DNA of 64,000 bases, taken from the NCBI GenBank assembly GCA_003279605.1, contig QCHF01000001.1, positions 26,075-90,074 of the forward strand. The letters are read 5' to 3'. Under the pieces are notes generated by a model. That model ran no database searches. It had not been told where the DNA came from and was given only the letters and a program-made list of their open reading frames with translations. Source of the DNA: SAR86 cluster bacterium AG-390-O18. GTDB taxonomy: Bacteria; Pseudomonadota; Gammaproteobacteria; Magnimaribacterales; AG-339-G14. The position numbers and the translations under genes were made by a program. Below are positions 61,516-64,000 of this stretch, piece after piece. Each line of letters opens with the position of its first letter. The stretch's first letter is position 1.

Positions 61516-62424
61516 ATGACTATTAATTTTGACGGAAAAGTTGCCATTGTAACTGGAGCTGGTGGCGGACTAGGTAGATGTCATGCTTTAGATTTAGCAA
61601 AGAGAGGGGCTAAGGTTGTTGTCAACGATCTTGGTGGAAACGTAGATGGTTCTGATGATGGTTCTTTATCGGCAGCAGAAAAGGTCGTAGAAGAAATTAA
61701 AGCGGCAGGCGGAGAAGCAATGGCTAATGGAGCAAGTGTTACTGATGTTGCTCAAGTCGAGGAAATGGTTAAACAAACTATGGATGCCTACGGCAGAATA
61801 GATATCTTAATCAACAATGCCGGAATTCTTAGAGATAAATCTTTTACAAAAGTTACCGATGAAGATTTTCGTATGGTTTTAGAAGTTCATTTAATGGGAA
61901 CAGTGAACTGTACAAAAGCAGTTTGGGAAATTATGAAAGAACAGAATTACGGCAGAATTGTAGTGACTTCATCATCCAGTGGTTTGTATGGAAATTTTGG
62001 ACAAACAAATTACGGGGCAGCAAAAATGGCCGTCGTTGGTTTAATCAATACCCTTAAACTAGAAGGTGCTAAATATAATATCAAATGCAATGCTCTTGCT
62101 CCGGTAGCAGGAACTAGAATGACCGAAGATTTAATGCCTGGAGAAGTTTTAGATCAGATTCAACCTGATCACGTAACCCCAGCAGTGACCTACATGGTCT
62201 CTGAAGATGCACCGACAGGAGTCATCATGTCAGCAGGCGCTGGAGTTTTTGCCAGAGTTTTTGTTCATGAAACTATGGGTGTCAACTTAGGTACTGGTGA
62301 AGATATGACTGCAGAAAACATTGCAGACAAATGGGATGAAATCTCTGACATGAAAGATGCAAGGCCTTGTTACCAGGGTGGTGAACAATCGCAAAAAATC
62401 TTTGAATTGATAATGAAAGGCTAA
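61516..62424 (+). CDS. SDR oxidoreductase closely resembling the (3R)-hydroxyacyl-CoA dehydrogenase domain of MFE-2/HSD17B4
   Basis: The segment FDGKVAIVTGAGGGLGRCHALDLAKRGAKVVVNDLGG...GSLSAAEKVVEEIKAAGGEA...NNAGILRDKSF...YGRIVVTSSSSGLYGNFGQTNYGAAK parallels the human HSD17B4 N-terminus almost motif for motif. Confidence 0.85.
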   Translation: MTINFDGKVAIVTGAGGGLGRCHALDLAKRGAKVVVNDLGGNVDGSDDGSLSAAEKVVEEIKAAGGEAMANGASVTDVAQVEEMVKQTMDAYGRIDILINNAGILRDKSFTKVTDEDFRMVLEVHLMGTVNCTKAVWEIMKEQNYGRIVVTSSSSGLYGNFGQTNYGAAKMAVVGLINTLKLEGAKYNIKCNALAPVAGTRMTEDLMPGEVLDQIQPDHVTPAVTYMVSEDAPTGVIMSAGAGVFARVFVHETMGVNLGTGEDMTAENIADKWDEISDMKDARPCYQGGEQSQKIFELIMKG

Positions 62425-63335
62425 GGCTCACCAGCCCTTTCATAATCAACTTCAACTTTATAAATCTCTCCAGTTTTGTTTTCTTTGCAAAACTGGGGAT
62501 TTGAAGATTCGGCAGTCAAAATATAAAGCTCTTTTTCGTCTTTGCCGCCTAACATGCATGCATAAGCAGACTGAGGAGTTGGAATTCGATCAGTAATTTT
62601 TCCTCCTTTCTTATATCTAATCACCTCTGCAGTTGTCGGAGAAGCTACCCAAATTCCATTATCTGAATCCAAACATATACCATCCGGCACAGGAAAAGGG
62701 GTGCTGTTTGATTCTTTTAGAGGAATGTTTAGAAACCTAATGATGCTTGTGATTATTTTAAAGTGAAGGGGCATGACTCTTGCCCAAATGGTTCTTTTAG
62801 ACAATTCACCAGATTCATTAATTTGAAAAGAAGTTAAATTTCCTCCAAACGTCTCTCCTACAATCAATTCTCTACCATCTGGTGAAATGACAGTTCCATT
62901 TGGAAAGAGTAGGTCATCAGCGCATATTTTTACCTCTCCTTCTTGTGTTACAGAAATCAAGCAAGTTTTATGAATTTTGCTTTCAACATTGTCAGTCCCG
63001 AAGTTACCTACATAAGCGGTTCCATCTTTAGCGATAACCATATCGTTACATTGATAAGGAGTAAGATGTGACAGATCAGCATGAATCGAAAGCTCTCCGT
63101 CTTTTAGTTTCATGAGTTTTCGATCAAGCATAGAAACAATAATCAAACTACCATCCGGCAACCATCCAAGCCCAGAAGGTTGTTCCGGTATTTCTGCGAG
63201 GGTTGATAGATTTCCATCAGCATCAAGATTGTGGACTTTGTAACCATGCATATCTGAAAACCATAATTTATTTTCATGCCATCTTGGGCCTTCTAAGAAA
63301 TGAAAACCGTCTGCAACTTTTGTCAAATTACTCAT
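62421..63335 (-). CDS. SMP-30/gluconolactonase/LRE family beta-propeller hydrolase
   Basis: Contains LEGPRWHENKLWFSD, YVGNFG, PNGTVISPDG and PDGICLDSDNGIWVA. Confidence 0.82.
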   Translation of the reverse strand: MSNLTKVADGFHFLEGPRWHENKLWFSDMHGYKVHNLDADGNLSTLAEIPEQPSGLGWLPDGSLIIVSMLDRKLMKLKDGELSIHADLSHLTPYQCNDMVIAKDGTAYVGNFGTDNVESKIHKTCLISVTQEGEVKICADDLLFPNGTVISPDGRELIVGETFGGNLTSFQINESGELSKRTIWARVMPLHFKIITSIIRFLNIPLKESNSTPFPVPDGICLDSDNGIWVASPTTAEVIRYKKGGKITDRIPTPQSAYACMLGGKDEKELYILTAESSNPQFCKENKTGEIYKVEVDYERAGEP

Positions 63336-64000
63336 TTCTTTTCTCTTTTATTACTTTCATCAATTTTTTAGGATTATCAGTGATAATTGCATCCACACCA
63401 AGCTCTATTAGATCTCGCATGTATTTCTTATTATTCACAGTCCAGGTGATGCAATATTTACCTTCCTTCTTGAATTTTTTGATCAAATTCATACTTTTTT
63501 TTGAATCAATATGCTGACTGATACCAAACGATTTACTTTTTTCTAAAAAGGAGCTTATCTTTTTATAATCGTAATCAAAAAAAGCAGGAATAATGCTAAG
63601 CGTTGCAGGTATATCAAATCTCTTGTTTAATCCCTCCACAACGTTTGGGTAGAAACCCAAAAAATGAGTATTCAATTTTGAAATGACATCCGTTTCTACC
63701 ATCTCATTCAATTCATTAAAACTAATTTTACTTGGCTTTATTTCAATAAAAATTTTTGATTTTTCAGGTTTACAATCAAACGCTTCTTTAAGTAAAGGTA
63801 TATATGTATTTGCAAACTTTTTTGAACGAAAGCTACCTACGTCTACGGCTTTTAAAGCAGCAAGACTTTCTTGCGAGATCGCATATTCGCTTTCACTGAC
63901 TCTTGCAAGACTATCATCGTGAATACAGATTAATCGTTTATCTTTTGTTTCTCTGACATCGAGTTCGACAGCATCAACTCCTTGATCCCAAGCTTTGATA
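63328..64000 (-). CDS. Glycerophosphodiester phosphodiesterase family protein, 5' end beyond the window
   Basis: The minus-strand frame is open from the window edge, reading IKAWDQGVDAVELDVRETKDKRLICIHDDSLARV... (GDPD E.D.R/HD motif). It continues into the listed 127-aa ORF ending WTVNN....LGVDAIITDNP. Confidence 0.82.
   Translation of the reverse strand, partial: IKAWDQGVDAVELDVRETKDKRLICIHDDSLARVSESEYAISQESLAALKAVDVGSFRSKKFANTYIPLLKEAFDCKPEKSKIFIEIKPSKISFNELNEMVETDVISKLNTHFLGFYPNVVEGLNKRFDIPATLSIIPAFFDYDYKKISSFLEKSKSFGISQHIDSKKSMNLIKKFKKEGKYCITWTVNNKKYMRDLIELGVDAIITDNPKKLMKVIKEKRNE

Noticed and set aside
63203-63922. Plus-strand ORFs (104 aa and 79 aa) over the SMP-30/GDPD junction and inside the GDPD gene.
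   Set aside because: The minus strand carries clear family-conserved frames across the whole interval. The plus-strand translations are Phe/Leu/Ile/Ser-rich antisense artefacts.

Overview
This window is a low-GC (about one third GC by eye), very gene-dense chromosomal segment. By my tally, only about 1 kb of the 64 kb is intergenic, and many start and stop codons overlap (ATGA, TAATG). Gene content and order are gammaproteobacterial housekeeping, with blocks that follow E. coli or Pseudomonas operon order:
- dapA-bamC-purC
- iscS-iscU-(fdx::iscA)-iscX-ndk-rodZ-ispG-hisS-yfgM-bamB-der
- sdhCDAB-sucCD
- ribF-ileS-lspA-ispH
- groESL
- rpsP-rimM-trmD-rplS
- xerD-dsbC ... hom-thrC-prfB-lysS

Several genes that sit inside these blocks in E. 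coli are missing here. That fits a streamlined marine gammaproteobacterium; a SAR86-like lineage is my guess only.

I found no rRNA, tRNA, CRISPR array, IS element, prophage or recognisable defence island, and I see no clear-cut novel multi-gene system. The features worth a second look are these:
1. Ribosomal protein bS16 carries a ~270-residue acidic tandem-repeat tail.
2. A translationally coupled operon encodes a GltD-like flavoprotein/ferredoxin fusion plus a two-subunit 2-oxoacid:ferredoxin oxidoreductase. In the same window, sdhCDAB runs straight into sucCD with no sucAB.
3. The first ~78 codons of that flavoprotein ORF resemble a tyrosine-recombinase N-terminal domain.
4. The ISC operon is reduced, with a ferredoxin::IscA fusion, no iscR or hscBA, and an altered IscU LPPVK motif.
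5. An ACAD10/11-like acyl-CoA dehydrogenase, a kinase and a small protein form a triad.
6. A few short repeated intergenic motifs occur.

All functional calls come from reading the translations and from remembered family signatures; no searches were run.
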